Shown here piece after piece: positions 42,701 to 52,341 of a stretch of DNA of 64,000 bases. The notes beneath the pieces are model-generated. The model worked only from the letters and a program-made list of their open reading frames with translations, had not been told where the DNA came from and made no database searches. A program made the translations under genes and the position numbers. How positions within the stretch are numbered: position 1 is the stretch's first letter; the number at the start of each line of letters is the position of its first letter. Location of the stretch: contig JBBCKE010000022.1 in the NCBI GenBank assembly GCA_037190985.1, positions 8,405 to 72,404 of the forward strand, in the 5' to 3' direction. Source of the DNA: Alphaproteobacteria bacterium (GTDB lineage Bacteria > Pseudomonadota > Alphaproteobacteria > Rhizobiales > Rhizobiaceae).

Positions 42701-43199
42701 AGACGCAGCCATGGTCGTCGCCCGCCACGACGAGGACGCCGCCATGCGGCGACGAGCCGTAGGCGTTGCCGTGCTTGAGCGCGTCGCCGGCGCGGTCGAC
42801 GCCCGGCCCCTTGCCGTACCACAGGGCGAAGACGCCATCGACGGACGCCATCGGGTTGGTCTCGACCTGCTGGCTGCCGAGCACGGCGGTCGCGGCGAGG
42901 TCCTCGTTGACGGCCGGCAGGAAGCGTATCCCGGCGTCGTCGATCAGCGCGCGGTTGCGCCACAATTCGAGGTCGAGGCCGCCGAGCGGCGAGCCGCGAT
43001 AGCCGGAGACGAAGCCGCCCGTGTTCAGCCCGGCCGCGCGGTCGCGCCGCGCCTGGTCGAGGACGATGCGCACCAGCGCCTGCGTCCCGGTCATGAAGAC
43101 GCGGCCGGAGCCGCTGGCGTAGCGGTCCTCCAGCCTGTAGCGGGCCCCGTAGCGGAAAAGATCGCGGCCGGCTGCGTGAAAGGGCGCGTCAACGGTCAT
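39750..43199 (-). CDS. Indolepyruvate:ferredoxin oxidoreductase family, fused alpha/beta
   Basis: SGYRGSPLGG, WYGKGPGVDR, FCSGCPHN, CEGCGDC ferredoxin motif, GVGGTGVVT, AYKDEYEVARL. Confidence 0.93.
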   Translation of the reverse strand: MTVDAPFHAAGRDLFRYGARYRLEDRYASGSGRVFMTGTQALVRIVLDQARRDRAAGLNTGGFVSGYRGSPLGGLDLELWRNRALIDDAGIRFLPAVNEDLAATAVLGSQQVETNPMASVDGVFALWYGKGPGVDRAGDALKHGNAYGSSPHGGVLVVAGDDHGCVSSSMPHQSDVAFMAWFMPTLNPASIAEYPAFGEWGYALSRFSGMWVGFKAISETVESAASVELRPDRAFVQPAIALPAGGLHYRWPDLPGPQIEERMEAKKQAVFAFAEANPIDRHVYEVGDARFGIVTTGKGHLDLMEALRLLGLGERECRALGIDIYKVGMVWPLARRDALDFVRGKDEVLVIEEKRGIIESQLKEYFYDWPGHKPRAMVGKRDETGARLIPWTGELSPRLLAPLVAKRLDGIFPGHGFSARAARLDAGPAISISVPGATRTPYFCSGCPHNTSTRVPEGSQALAGIGCHFMASWMDRDTTSLIQMGGEGVNWAASSLFTGGGHIFQNLGEGTWYHSGSMAIRQAVAAGANITYKILYNDAVAMTGGQPVDGPVSVVGIAHACRAEGVERIALVSDAPEKFSAPDFPAGTTIHHRREMDALQRELRAVKGVSVLIYEQTCATEKRRRRKRGTMEDPKRIVVINELVCEGCGDCSVQSNCLSVESVETAFGTKRRINQSSCNKDFSCIDGFCPSFVTLEGAVRRKAGRIAPDLDALGGDLAAPALPSLGEPYDLLITGVGGTGVVTVGALVTMAAHLEGKGASVLDFTGFAQKFGPVLSFVRLAENPEAINQVRIDRGAADALIGCDIVVSSSPKASSCYRPGMKAALNLAKMPTGDIVRRRDADLAVERRVAAIREAVGGDGLAALDANHVAETLMGDTVFANIVMLGFSWQRGLVPVGFAALDRAIELNGVAIEANRRAFLIGRVAAAMPERLAGFLAPPRGKEETLGEIVARRAAFLTDYQDAVYAGRYAAFVDKVARAEAPLGTDELARNVARALFRLMAYKDEYEVARLHMETGFADRLKAEFDGDFRIVHHLAPPFLAAGLDARGRPLKRAFGPWIRLPMRLLARMKRLRGTAFDPFGHTAERRMERALIGWYEAAVERALARLDAATHGELCRVLARPLDIRGYGPVKEEAARRVRAEVEAGLAG

Positions 43200-43355
43200 C
43201 GGTTCCTCCTGGGTGCCTTGGCCGGGTGCCTTCCCCTAGGATAGTCCCAACCGGCTGGAAGAACTTGCCAGAATGACCCCGATTCATTGCAGGATCGACA
43301 GGATTTGCCTGTTCGGTCTATGATACGGAACGATCTGCCGTTGATGCGCTGCAAA

Positions 43356-43817
43356 ATGGAAAACTTGACGGAACAGGACCGGGCCCTGCTGCGCGCCTTG
43401 CAGCAGGACGCCCGCATCACCAACCAAGAGCTGGCCGAACGGGCCGGCATGTCGGCCTCGGCCTGCTGGCGGCGCGTCAGGGCGCTGGAGGAGGAGGGCG
43501 TCATCCGCCGCTACGCGACGGTGCTGGACGCGGCCAAGGCGGGCCTGAGCTTCCACGCCATCGCCCATGTCACCCTGACCCGGCACGACCACCGCCATGT
43601 CGACACCTTCATCGCCGAGGTCGGCCGCCGGCCGGAGGTGCTGGACTGCTTCGCCGTCACCGGCGAGGCCGACTACATGCTGCGGGTGATGTGCGCCGAC
43701 CTCGACGCCTACAACCGCTTCCTCGAGGCGTTCCTGTTCCGCCTGCCCGGCATCGCCAACGTGCGCACCAGCCTCGTCCTCAAGGGCGTCAAGCAGGAGA
43801 CCGCCGTTCCGCTGTAG
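43356..43817 (+). CDS. Lrp/AsnC family regulator
   Basis: LQQDARITNQELAERAGMSASACWRRVRALE; TGEADYML; ATG at 43356 preferred. Confidence 0.92.
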   Translation: MENLTEQDRALLRALQQDARITNQELAERAGMSASACWRRVRALEEEGVIRRYATVLDAAKAGLSFHAIAHVTLTRHDHRHVDTFIAEVGRRPEVLDCFAVTGEADYMLRVMCADLDAYNRFLEAFLFRLPGIANVRTSLVLKGVKQETAVPL

Positions 43818-43917
43818 AAAGCGGGCAAGACTTCCTTCACCAAGCGACGAGCTAATCCGGCAGGGCCGCGGCCGCTGTGCTAGTTTCGCCGGCCTCGGTT
43901 GGGGAGCAAGGAACAGT

Positions 43918-45078
43918 TTGGTCGATCAGGCATCCCTCTTCATCGCGGCGGGCGTTTGCGCGGGGGCCCTTGGCCTGACGATGCTGAACGTGTGGCTGCA
44001 CAACCGGGCCGACCGCTTCCTCATCGGCTGGACGCTGGGCATGATGCTGATCGGCATCGGCGTCGTCGCCTATTACGTCTTCCCGGCCGACCGGCTGGAC
44101 ATCGCCGCAGCCGCCTTCACGCTTGAGATCCTCGGCTTCGTCTTCGTCTTCGTCTTCATCGCCGCCTGCCAGTTCACCGGGCGCGCCACGACGCGCCGGC
44201 ACTGGCTGGTGCTGGGCACGGCCGTGCCGCTGGTCGGCGTTCCCATCCTCGTCGGCTATGACGGCCTCGGCATGATGGTCTACAACTTCCTCGCCGGCAG
44301 CCTGCTGATGGCCACCGCCATGCAGTACTGGAACGCCCGCGCCGAAGCGCCGTCCTCCATCGCCGCGCTGTCGACGCTCTATGCGCTCGCCGCCGTCTCC
44401 TTCTATGCCTGCGGCACCATCATCGCCCACGAGCAGACCTGGGTGATGCGCGTCCACCCCGACAACTGGGCGGAGAAGTTCAACGCCATCATGTGCATCG
44501 CCGGCATCACCGGCATCGGCGCGCTGTCGCTCGGCCTCAACAACGCCCGCGCCGCGCGCAAGCACCGCGAGGACGCCGAGACCGACATGCTGACGGGCCT
44601 GTCCAACCGCCGCGCCCTGTTCGAGCGGATGTCGAACGGCGGCTTCGCGGCGGGCCATGCCGTGATCGTCTTCGACCTCGACCGCTTCAAGGCGATCAAC
44701 GACCGCTACGGCCACGCCACCGGCGACGAGGTGCTGCGCCGCTTCGCCGAGGCGCTGCGCCTCAACGTGCGCGCCGGCGACATCGCCGCCCGCACCGGCG
44801 GCGAGGAGTTCGTGCTGGTGCTGCGCGAGGCGTCGCTGCCGCTCGCCACCAGCACCGCCGAGCGCATCCGCGCCCTGTTCGCCGAAAGCCATGTCGAGAC
44901 GGCGCGCGGCAGGGTCGCCGCCACCGCCAGCGCCGGCGTGGCGCTCGCCAGCCCCGAGGCGGGCGGTTTCGAGGAGGTGCTGGGCCGCGCCGACGCCTCG
45001 CTCTACCGGGCCAAGCACGGCGGCCGCAACCGCGTCGGCGCCGAGCTGACGCTGCACAGCCTGCAGGTGGCGGGCTGA
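43918..45078 (+). CDS. Membrane-bound diguanylate cyclase
   Basis: N-terminal TM bundle; DMLTGLSNRR, DLDRFKAIND, RTGGEEF; no RxxD I-site immediately before GGEEF. Confidence 0.9.
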   Translation: MVDQASLFIAAGVCAGALGLTMLNVWLHNRADRFLIGWTLGMMLIGIGVVAYYVFPADRLDIAAAAFTLEILGFVFVFVFIAACQFTGRATTRRHWLVLGTAVPLVGVPILVGYDGLGMMVYNFLAGSLLMATAMQYWNARAEAPSSIAALSTLYALAAVSFYACGTIIAHEQTWVMRVHPDNWAEKFNAIMCIAGITGIGALSLGLNNARAARKHREDAETDMLTGLSNRRALFERMSNGGFAAGHAVIVFDLDRFKAINDRYGHATGDEVLRRFAEALRLNVRAGDIAARTGGEEFVLVLREASLPLATSTAERIRALFAESHVETARGRVAATASAGVALASPEAGGFEEVLGRADASLYRAKHGGRNRVGAELTLHSLQVAG

Positions 45079-45145
45079 GCCGGCCAGTCCGCCCGAAAGC
45101 CGGGTCTCCGAGCCTGATCCCCAAGCCATCCCCCAAGCCGCCTCC

Positions 45146-45172
45146 CTTGAAACAGGCCGCCTGAAGCCACAT
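45146..45172 (+). promoter_or_regulatory. RpoH-like heat-shock promoter
   Basis: CTTGAA-N15-CCACAT upstream of cnoX. Confidence 0.55.
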
Positions 45173-45254
45173 TTCTCGCTCACCCACTCGACCTGCCGCC
45201 CGCCTCTGCTATGAAGGCGGCGGCGGCTTCATTCCGCGCAGCAGGAGATGGCTT

Positions 45255-46238
45255 ATGAGCGCGCAGGACAACCCTTTCGGCGGCGGCTACTCGGTCCAGT
45301 ACGGCGGCGGCGCGGCGGCGACGCCCGATGGCCCGTCGCACGGCCTGAACAGCGGCGCGCCCGGCGGGTCTCTGGTCAAGGACACGACCACGGCCGGCTT
45401 CGCCGCCGACGTGATCCAGGAATCGCGCAACCAGCCGGTGCTGGTCGATTTCTGGGCACCGTGGTGCGGGCCGTGCAAGCAGCTTGCGCCGGCGCTTGAG
45501 AAGGCCGTCGCCGAGGCGGGCGGCCGCGTCAGGCTGGTCAAGATGAACATCGACGACCACCCTTCCATCGCCGGCCAGCTCGGCATCCAGTCGATTCCGG
45601 CGGTCATCGCCTTCGTCGATGGCCTGCCGGTCGACGGCTTCATGGGGGCGATCCCCGAAAGCAAGATCCGCGAGTTCATCGACAAGCTGTCGGGTCCGGG
45701 CGGCGCGGCCGAGGCCGTCGCCGAGGCGCTCGCCGCGGCCGGCGAGCTGCGCATGGAGGGCGACCTCCAGGGCGCGGCGCAGGTCTATGCTGCCGTGCTC
45801 GGTGACGCCGCCGACAATCTCGACGCCATCGCCGGGCTGGCGGAGACGCTGCTCGACGCCGGCGACGAGGCGAACGCCCGCGAGGTGCTGGCCCGCGCGC
45901 CCGAGGGCAGCGAGGACGCAGCCCAGCTTGCCGGCGTCAGGGCACGCCTCGCGCTGGCCGAGCAGGTCGCCGGGCTCGGCGATCCGGCCGAGCTGGAGCG
46001 CCGGCTCGCCGCCGACCCCAAGGACCATCAGGCCCGCTTCGACCTCGCCCTGATCCACAACGCGCTCGGCGAGCGCGACAAGGCGGCGGACGCGCTGCTC
46101 GCCATCATGAAGGCCGACCGCACCTGGCAGGACGACGGCGCGCGCCTGCAATTGCTCAAGTTCTTCGAGGCATGGGGCATGGCCGACGAGGCGACGCTCG
46201 CGGCGCGGCGCAAGCTGTCGTCGCTGCTGTTCTCGTGA
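45255..46238 (+). CDS. cnoX: Thioredoxin-TPR chaperedoxin (YbbN/CnoX family)
   Basis: VDFWAPWCGPCKQL, TPR-like C-terminus, ends RRKLSSLLFS. Confidence 0.9.
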   Translation: MSAQDNPFGGGYSVQYGGGAAATPDGPSHGLNSGAPGGSLVKDTTTAGFAADVIQESRNQPVLVDFWAPWCGPCKQLAPALEKAVAEAGGRVRLVKMNIDDHPSIAGQLGIQSIPAVIAFVDGLPVDGFMGAIPESKIREFIDKLSGPGGAAEAVAEALAAAGELRMEGDLQGAAQVYAAVLGDAADNLDAIAGLAETLLDAGDEANAREVLARAPEGSEDAAQLAGVRARLALAEQVAGLGDPAELERRLAADPKDHQARFDLALIHNALGERDKAADALLAIMKADRTWQDDGARLQLLKFFEAWGMADEATLAARRKLSSLLFS

Positions 46239-46333
46239 GCAATTCAGGAAAAGTGTGAAGCACTTTTCCGCCCGGAATTGCGTTAAACTGAAAGCCGGGC
46301 CGTTTCACCGTTTCCGTGAAGCGGTGAAACGGC
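46236..46333. repeat. Bru-RS/RIME-like intergenic palindromic repeat, copy 2
   Basis: gagcaattcaggaaaagtgtgaagcacttttccgcccggaattgcg is near-identical to 2390-2436; second hairpin gccgtttcaccg/cggtgaaacggc. Confidence 0.8.
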
Positions 46334-46360
46334 GTAGGAGATGCCGGACGGGAGAGCGAT

Positions 46361-47035
46361 ATGCTGGCTGGAAATGCGCGCTACCTGACCGAAGGCGACC
46401 TGCCCGGCACGGTCGCCGTGTTCCCGCTGTCGGCCGCGCTGCTGCTGCCGGGCGGACGCCTGCCGCTCAACGTCTTCGAGCCGCGCTATCTCGAGATGGT
46501 CGACCACGCGCTTTCCGGCAACCGGCTGATCGGCATGATCCAGCCGCGCCTCGACGGCGCGCTGAAGGCCGACGGTGAGCCGGAGTTGTGCGACGTCGGC
46601 TGCCTCGGCCGCATCACCTCCTTCGCCGAGACCGGCGACGGCCGCTACCTGATCTCGCTCCAGGGCGTGTGCCGCTTCCGCGTCGCCGCGGAGGACGCCG
46701 TCAAGACGCCGTTCCGCCAGTGCCGCATCACCCCCTTCCTCGCCGACCTCGACGTCGAGGCCGGCGCCGAGGAGGTCGACAGGGCCGCGCTCCTCCAGGC
46801 CTTCCGCGCCTATCTCAAGGCCAACGAGCTGGAGGCCGACTGGGAAAGCGTCAGCCGCGCCGAGAACGCGACGCTGGTCAACGCCCTGTCGATGATGGCG
46901 CCCTACGGCCCGGCCGAGAAGCAGGCGCTGCTCGAGGCCCCCGATTTGAAGACCCGCGCCGAGACGCTGATCGCCATGACCGAGATCGCGCTGGCGCGCG
47001 AGAGCGGCGACGATTTCCCGTCGAGCCTGCAATGA
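46361..47035 (+). CDS. LON peptidase substrate-binding domain protein
   Basis: [36 protein letters not shown]. Confidence 0.9.
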   Translation: MLAGNARYLTEGDLPGTVAVFPLSAALLLPGGRLPLNVFEPRYLEMVDHALSGNRLIGMIQPRLDGALKADGEPELCDVGCLGRITSFAETGDGRYLISLQGVCRFRVAAEDAVKTPFRQCRITPFLADLDVEAGAEEVDRAALLQAFRAYLKANELEADWESVSRAENATLVNALSMMAPYGPAEKQALLEAPDLKTRAETLIAMTEIALARESGDDFPSSLQ

Positions 47036-47268
47036 GCGAGCGCGAGACCGGCAGGAAAGCGAAGGACGAGAAGGACCTTCGGCGCGCGGTCGATCCGAAG
47101 ATGCTGGAAATGCTGGCCTGCCCGCTGACCAAGATGCCGCTGTCGTGGGACGCGGGCAAGAGCGAGCTCGTCTCGCGCGCGGCGCGGCTCGCCTATCCGG
47201 TGCGCGACGGCGTGCCGATCATGCTGCCATCCGAGGCGCGCCCGCTCGAGGACGACGAGCTGTCCTGA
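47032..47268 (+). CDS. Trm112/YcaR (UPF0434) family protein
   Basis: [14 protein letters not shown]...[13 protein letters not shown]; ATG at 47032 overlaps the upstream stop. Confidence 0.9.
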   Translation: MSERETGRKAKDEKDLRRAVDPKMLEMLACPLTKMPLSWDAGKSELVSRAARLAYPVRDGVPIMLPSEARPLEDDELS

Positions 47269-47361
47269 GCGTCCCTTTCATCATGCGGTTCATCATGTGG
47301 GGCGACGGGGGGGTCGAAACCGGCGGCGCAACGGTCTATATGCGGCCTCAAAGGACGACAC

Positions 47362-47784
47362 ATGGCCCGCATCTACCAGACCAGAGACTGGAGCGACCAG
47401 CTCTCCCCCTCGTTGCAGGAATTCGAGCTGATGTCGCTCGAAGCCTATGCGCACCTGCCCGAGGAGTTCCGCCGGCTGACCGGCGAGATCATCATCCAGG
47501 TGACGGAGTTCCCGACCGACGAGATCATGGACGACCTGGCGCTGGAAACGCCGTTCGACCTGCTCGGGCTGTTCGAGGGGCGCGGCATCGCCGAGCGCTG
47601 GAACCCGTCGACCGGCGAAGGGCCGAACCGCGTGACGCTCTACCGCCGCGCCATCCTCGACTACTGGGCCGAGAACGAGGAGACGCTGGGCGACATCATC
47701 ACCCATGTGCTGATCCACGAGATCGGCCACCATTTCGGCCTCTCCGACGACGACATGGAGCGCATCGAGGCCAACGCGGAATGA
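47362..47784 (+). CDS. Zincin-like minimal metallopeptidase
   Basis: LLGLFEG, VTLYRRAIL, HEIGHHFGLSD. Confidence 0.9.
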   Translation: MARIYQTRDWSDQLSPSLQEFELMSLEAYAHLPEEFRRLTGEIIIQVTEFPTDEIMDDLALETPFDLLGLFEGRGIAERWNPSTGEGPNRVTLYRRAILDYWAENEETLGDIITHVLIHEIGHHFGLSDDDMERIEANAE

Positions 47785-48131
47785 GCGCGCCGTCCCCGTC
47801 CGACGCCCCGGCGCTCTACGACCGCCTGAAGGCGGCGTGGAGCACGCAGACGGCGAGTTGCTGGACGCCCGGCAATCCGGCGCGCGGCCAGTGCAGCGTC
47901 ACCGCGCTCGTCGTCCAGGACGTGCTGGGCGGCGACATCCTCAAGACGCGGACCCCCGGCGGCACCCATTTCTACAACGCGGTCGGCGGCGTGCGGTGGG
48001 ACTTCACCGTCAGCCAGTTCGACCGCCCGATCCCGTTCGAGGACCTGCCGTCGAGCCGCGAGGAGGCGATGGCCGACACGAGCCCGGCGCAATATGCGGC
48101 GCTGAGGCGGCGGCTCGGCCTCGGGAGATAG
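47781..48131 (+). CDS. YunG-like protein
   Basis: W...NPARGQCSVTALVVQDVLGGDILKT...HFYN...DFTVSQF; ATGA overlap. Confidence 0.8.
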   Translation: MSAPSPSDAPALYDRLKAAWSTQTASCWTPGNPARGQCSVTALVVQDVLGGDILKTRTPGGTHFYNAVGGVRWDFTVSQFDRPIPFEDLPSSREEAMADTSPAQYAALRRRLGLGR

Positions 48132-48132
48132 G

Positions 48133-48339
48133 CTACTGCTCGCCGAGCTTCATCTCCGGCGCGTAGTCCTTGCCCGCGACCTCCTTCACCACCGCCTGGC
48201 CGCAGCGCATGGTGCCGCTCGCCGCGTCGAAGGCATAGGTCGGCGAGCCGTGCAGCGCCCAGCCCTTGTCCAGCGCCGCCGTCACCTTGTGGCAGAAGCC
48301 GGAATCGTCAGGTCCGGTCAGGAAACGGTAGAGCTTCAT
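48133..48339 (-). CDS. DUF1737 family protein
   Basis: YRFLTGPDDSGFCHKVT...GWALHGSP...CGQAVVKE. Confidence 0.85.
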   Translation of the reverse strand: MKLYRFLTGPDDSGFCHKVTAALDKGWALHGSPTYAFDAASGTMRCGQAVVKEVAGKDYAPEMKLGEQ

Positions 48340-48491
48340 TTCAAGGGTCCTTCTTCACCCGTCCGCATCCCGCTGTTCTGGCGCAACGGTTTTTCCAGCG
48401 CAAGCCGCACTGTTATCGCCACGGCCCCCTTGCACGCGTTCCGCGAAGCTGGTTCCTGATCCGGTACACGGGCAGCAAGGCAGGGATCGTC

Positions 48492-49661
48492 ATGGCCGGA
48501 ACGGATATCGTCATCATCGGCGGCGCCATCGTCGGCGCGTCGGTCGCGTATTTCCTGCGCGAGGAGGGCTTTGCCGGCTCGATCACGGTGATCGAGCGCG
48601 ATCCGACCTTCGCCCGCGCCTCGACGACGCTGTCCGCCGCCTCGATCCGCCAGCAGTTCTCGCTGCCCGAGAACATCCGCCTGTCGCGCTTCACGCTCGG
48701 CTTCTTCCGCGAGCTGAAGGACCGGTTCGGGCCGGACGCCGACCTCGGCTTCCGCGAAAAGGGCTATCTCATCCTCACCGGGCAGGAGGGCCTCGGCCTG
48801 CTCGAGGCCAACCACGCAATGCAGACGGCCGAGGGCGCCGACATCGTGCTGGAGGACGCGGCCGGCTTGAGCCGGCGCTTCCCGTGGTTGTCGACCGAGG
48901 GCATCGTCGCCGGCGCCTTCGGCCGCTCCGGCGAGGGCTGGTTCGACGCCCATACCCTGCTTTCCCTGCTGCGCCGGGGCCTGAAGGAGCGCGGCGTCAC
49001 GCTGGTGACGGGCGAGGTCGCGGCGATCGAGCGGGTAGGCGATCGGGTCGCCTCGGTCACGCTCGCCGACGGAAGGCGCTTCGACGCCGGCCTCGTCGTC
49101 AACGCAGCCGGGCAGAATGGCGGCCGCGTTGCCGCCCTGGCCGGGCTCGACCTGCCGGTCGAGCCGCGCAAGCGGTCGGTCTTCGTGTTCGAGGCGCGCG
49201 AGCGCGTCGACGGCATGCCCGTCACCATAGACACTTCCGGCGTCTGGGTCCGTCCCGAGGGCACGGGCTACATAGCCGGCGGGGCGGAAACGGAGGAAGG
49301 CGAGGGACCCGCCGACCCCGACGATTTCGAGCCCGACTGGCACCTGTTCGAGGAGGTCGTCTGGCCGGCGCTCGCCGCGCGCATTCCCGCCTTCGAGGCG
49401 ATCCGGCCGGGCCGCGCCTGGGCCGGCCATTACGATTACAACCGCTTCGACCAGAACGCGGTGATCGGCCCGCACCCGCAGGTCGCCAACTTCGTCTTCG
49501 CCAACGGCTTTTCCGGCCACGGGCTGCAGCAGGCCCCGGCAGCCGGCAAGGTGCTGGCCGAGCTGATCGTCCACGGCGGCTGGCGCAGCATCGACTGCTC
49601 GGCCTTCCGCTACGGCCGCATCGGCGAAGGCAAGCCGTTCCGCGAGCTGAACATCATCTGA
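48492..49661 (+). CDS. FAD-dependent oxidoreductase (DAO / sarcosine oxidase beta-like)
   Basis: IIGGAIVG, SIRQQFS, AWAGHYD, NGFSGHGLQQ. Confidence 0.9.
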   Translation: MAGTDIVIIGGAIVGASVAYFLREEGFAGSITVIERDPTFARASTTLSAASIRQQFSLPENIRLSRFTLGFFRELKDRFGPDADLGFREKGYLILTGQEGLGLLEANHAMQTAEGADIVLEDAAGLSRRFPWLSTEGIVAGAFGRSGEGWFDAHTLLSLLRRGLKERGVTLVTGEVAAIERVGDRVASVTLADGRRFDAGLVVNAAGQNGGRVAALAGLDLPVEPRKRSVFVFEARERVDGMPVTIDTSGVWVRPEGTGYIAGGAETEEGEGPADPDDFEPDWHLFEEVVWPALAARIPAFEAIRPGRAWAGHYDYNRFDQNAVIGPHPQVANFVFANGFSGHGLQQAPAAGKVLAELIVHGGWRSIDCSAFRYGRIGEGKPFRELNII

Positions 49662-49700
49662 CCGGCCGGGAGGCCCCCATCATCACGGGAGCGCGCGGCC

Positions 49701-49884
49701 TTGACGTTTCCGCCACCCGCTCCTATCTCAGCGGCCGGGCCCGGAAGCCCCTGCCACCCGCAGGCGACAAGCCATGGTGAAGCTTCCGCTTGAGAATTTC
49801 GTTTCCCTGTCTTGCGACGGCCGGAACGGCAATGCGGGTTCCCGTCAGTCCTGATGCCGTCCGCAACCGGATAGGAGAAACGCG
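49701..49884 (+). promoter_or_regulatory. Sigma70-like promoter plus a structured 5' leader of about 150 nt
   Basis: TTGACG-N17-TATCTC; stems cggaagc/gcttccg, cctgc/gcagg, ctgtc-ttgc-gacgg. Confidence 0.5.
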
Positions 49885-50346
49885 ATGACCACGACGTCAT
49901 CCGACTACAAGACCCCCGACTACAAGAGCCATGCAAGACGCCTGCGCGACGCGCTCGCCGCCGAGGGCGTCGACGTCAGCCACGGCAAGGCGCTCGACAT
50001 CGTCGCCCGCCAGCACGGCGCGCGCGACTGGAACACGCTGTCGGCGAAAGCCAACGCCCCCGCGCCCCGGAACGGCGAGGCGCGCGTGCCGCCCTTCGCC
50101 GTCGGCGACCGGGTCGAGGGCACCTTCAACGACAGGCCCGCGCACGGGCGCGTCATCGGCCTCGCCGAGACGATCAAGCCGGACCTGTGGCGCGTGACGG
50201 TGAAGTTCTCGCCGCCGGTCGACGCCTCGACCTCGCCCGCCTTTCGCGCCGAGCGCACCCGGGTCGAGATGGTCGTCGGCGCCGATGGCCGCTCGCGCCG
50301 CCTCACCGGCACCGAAACCGGCGTCATGGCGCTCGCCCGCGCCTGA
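49885..50346 (+). CDS. 'Glyoxalase superfamily' N-terminal helical domain protein
   Basis: ARRLRDALAAEGVDVSHGKALDIVARQHGARDWNTL; AGGAG SD. Confidence 0.8.
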   Translation: MTTTSSDYKTPDYKSHARRLRDALAAEGVDVSHGKALDIVARQHGARDWNTLSAKANAPAPRNGEARVPPFAVGDRVEGTFNDRPAHGRVIGLAETIKPDLWRVTVKFSPPVDASTSPAFRAERTRVEMVVGADGRSRRLTGTETGVMALARA

Positions 50347-50487
50347 GCCGCCGGCCCGGCCGTGCGCGCCCCAGCGCGCGGCCGGCCTTTCCGGCCGTCT
50401 TCCCGTCTCAACCGGCTTTGAATTTCGCTTCCTTGCGTGTAAAGCGGGCGTCAGGCATTCCCGCGTCGACAAACCGCAGGCACCGAA

Positions 50488-51093
50488 ATGGACAAGTTCA
50501 CCACGCTGACGGGCATCGCAGCCCCCTTCCCGATCGTCAATGTCGACACCGACATGATCATCCCCAAGGACTATCTCAAGACGATCAAGCGCACCGGCCT
50601 CGGCACCGGCCTGTTCGCCGAGATGCGCTATCGCGAGGACGGCTCGGAGAACCCGGATTTCGTACTCAACAGGCCGGCCTACCGCAAGGCGCAGATCCTC
50701 GTCGCCGGCGACAATTTCGGCTGCGGCTCCTCGCGCGAGCACGCGCCCTGGGCGCTGCTCGATTTCGGCATCCGCTGCGTGATCTCCACCTCGTTCGCCG
50801 ACATCTTCTACAACAACTGCTTCAAGAACGGCATCCTGCCGATCAAGGTCAGCCCCGAGGACCTCGAGAAGCTGATGGACGACGCCGAGCGCGGCGCCAA
50901 CGCCGTCGTCACCGTCGACCTCGAGGCGATGGAGATCAGAGGCCCCGACGGCGGCGTCATCACCTTCGACCTCGACGAGTTCCGCCGCCACTGCCTGCTG
51001 AACGGGCTGGACGACATCGGCCTGACCATGGAGAAGGCCCCGTCCATCGACCGCTTCGAGAAGGCGAACGCCGACGCCCGGCCCTGGGCCTGA
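50488..51093 (+). CDS. leuD: 3-isopropylmalate dehydratase small subunit
   Basis: [34 protein letters not shown]. Confidence 0.97.
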   Translation: MDKFTTLTGIAAPFPIVNVDTDMIIPKDYLKTIKRTGLGTGLFAEMRYREDGSENPDFVLNRPAYRKAQILVAGDNFGCGSSREHAPWALLDFGIRCVISTSFADIFYNNCFKNGILPIKVSPEDLEKLMDDAERGANAVVTVDLEAMEIRGPDGGVITFDLDEFRRHCLLNGLDDIGLTMEKAPSIDRFEKANADARPWA

Positions 51094-51206
51094 GGCGATA
51101 TCCCATTCGGGCGGCGGGCGGATCATCCGCCCGTTCGCCGTTTCAAGCCCGGCCGCCCCAGCCGCCAGCGAGGCCTCGGCCGTCCATCTCCTGAAAGGTT
51201 CCCCCC

Positions 51207-52313
51207 ATGGCATCGCGCAAACTCCTTCTCTTTCCCGGCGACGGCATCGGCCCCGAGGCGATGGCGGAAGTCCGCAAGCTGATCGCGGTGATGAACACCG
51301 ACCTCGGCGCCGGCTTCGAGACCGAGGAAGGGCTGGTCGGCGGCGGCGCCTACGACACGCACGGCCAGTCGATCTCGGAGGATGACGTGGCGCGGGCGCT
51401 CGCGGCCGACGCGGTGCTGTTCGGCGCGGTCGGCGGGCCGAAATGGGACGGCGTGCCCTACGAGGTGCGTCCCGAGGCCGGTCTGCTCAGGCTGCGCAAG
51501 GATCTCGAGCTGTTCGCGAACCTGCGCCCCGCCATCTGCTATCCGGCGCTCGCCTCCTCCTCCTCGCTCAAGCCGGAGGTGGTCGAGGGCCTCGACATCC
51601 TGATCCTGCGCGAGCTGACCGGCGGCGTCTATTTCGGCGAGCCGAAGGAGATCATCGACCTCGGCAACGGCCAGAAGCGCGGCATCGACACCCAGGTCTA
51701 CGACACCTACGAGATCGAGCGCATCGCCGGCGTCGCCTTCGAGCTGGCGCGCACCCGCAAGAACCACGTCACCTCGATGGAAAAGCGCAATGTCATGAAG
51801 TCGGGCGTGCTTTGGAACGAGGTGGTGAGCGCCATCCACAAGGCGAAGTATTCCGACGTCAAGCTCGACCACATGCTGGCCGACGCCGGCGGCATGCAGC
51901 TCGTGCGCTGGCCCAAGCAGTTCGACGTCATCGTCACCGACAATCTGTTCGGCGACATGCTGTCCGACGTCGCGGCCATGCTCACCGGCTCGCTCGGCAT
52001 GCTGCCCTCGGCCTCGCTCGGCGCGCCGGACGGCAAGACCGGCAAGCGCAAGGCGCTCTACGAGCCGGTCCACGGCTCCGCGCCGGACATCGCCGGCAAG
52101 GGCATCGCCAACCCGATCGCCATGATCGCCTCCTTCGCAATGTGCATGCGCTACTCGTTCAACATGGTGGCCGAGGCCGACCGGCTGGAAGCGGCGATCT
52201 CGGCCGTGCTCGACGACGGCTACCGCACGCGCGACATCATGTCGGACGGCATGACCGAGGTGTCGACCACGACCATGGGCGACGCGATCGTCGAGAAGTT
52301 CCGCACGCTCTGA
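51207..52313 (+). CDS. leuB: 3-isopropylmalate dehydrogenase
   Basis: [38 protein letters not shown]. Confidence 0.97.
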   Translation: MASRKLLLFPGDGIGPEAMAEVRKLIAVMNTDLGAGFETEEGLVGGGAYDTHGQSISEDDVARALAADAVLFGAVGGPKWDGVPYEVRPEAGLLRLRKDLELFANLRPAICYPALASSSSLKPEVVEGLDILILRELTGGVYFGEPKEIIDLGNGQKRGIDTQVYDTYEIERIAGVAFELARTRKNHVTSMEKRNVMKSGVLWNEVVSAIHKAKYSDVKLDHMLADAGGMQLVRWPKQFDVIVTDNLFGDMLSDVAAMLTGSLGMLPSASLGAPDGKTGKRKALYEPVHGSAPDIAGKGIANPIAMIASFAMCMRYSFNMVAEADRLEAAISAVLDDGYRTRDIMSDGMTEVSTTTMGDAIVEKFRTL

Positions 52314-52341
52314 GCGCCCCCTCACATGCGCCGGGCGGTCT

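Noticed and set aside
50347-51206. Leader peptides before leuD or leuB
   Set aside because: I found no Leu-rich short ORF or attenuator-like structure in either gap, unlike upstream of leuC.
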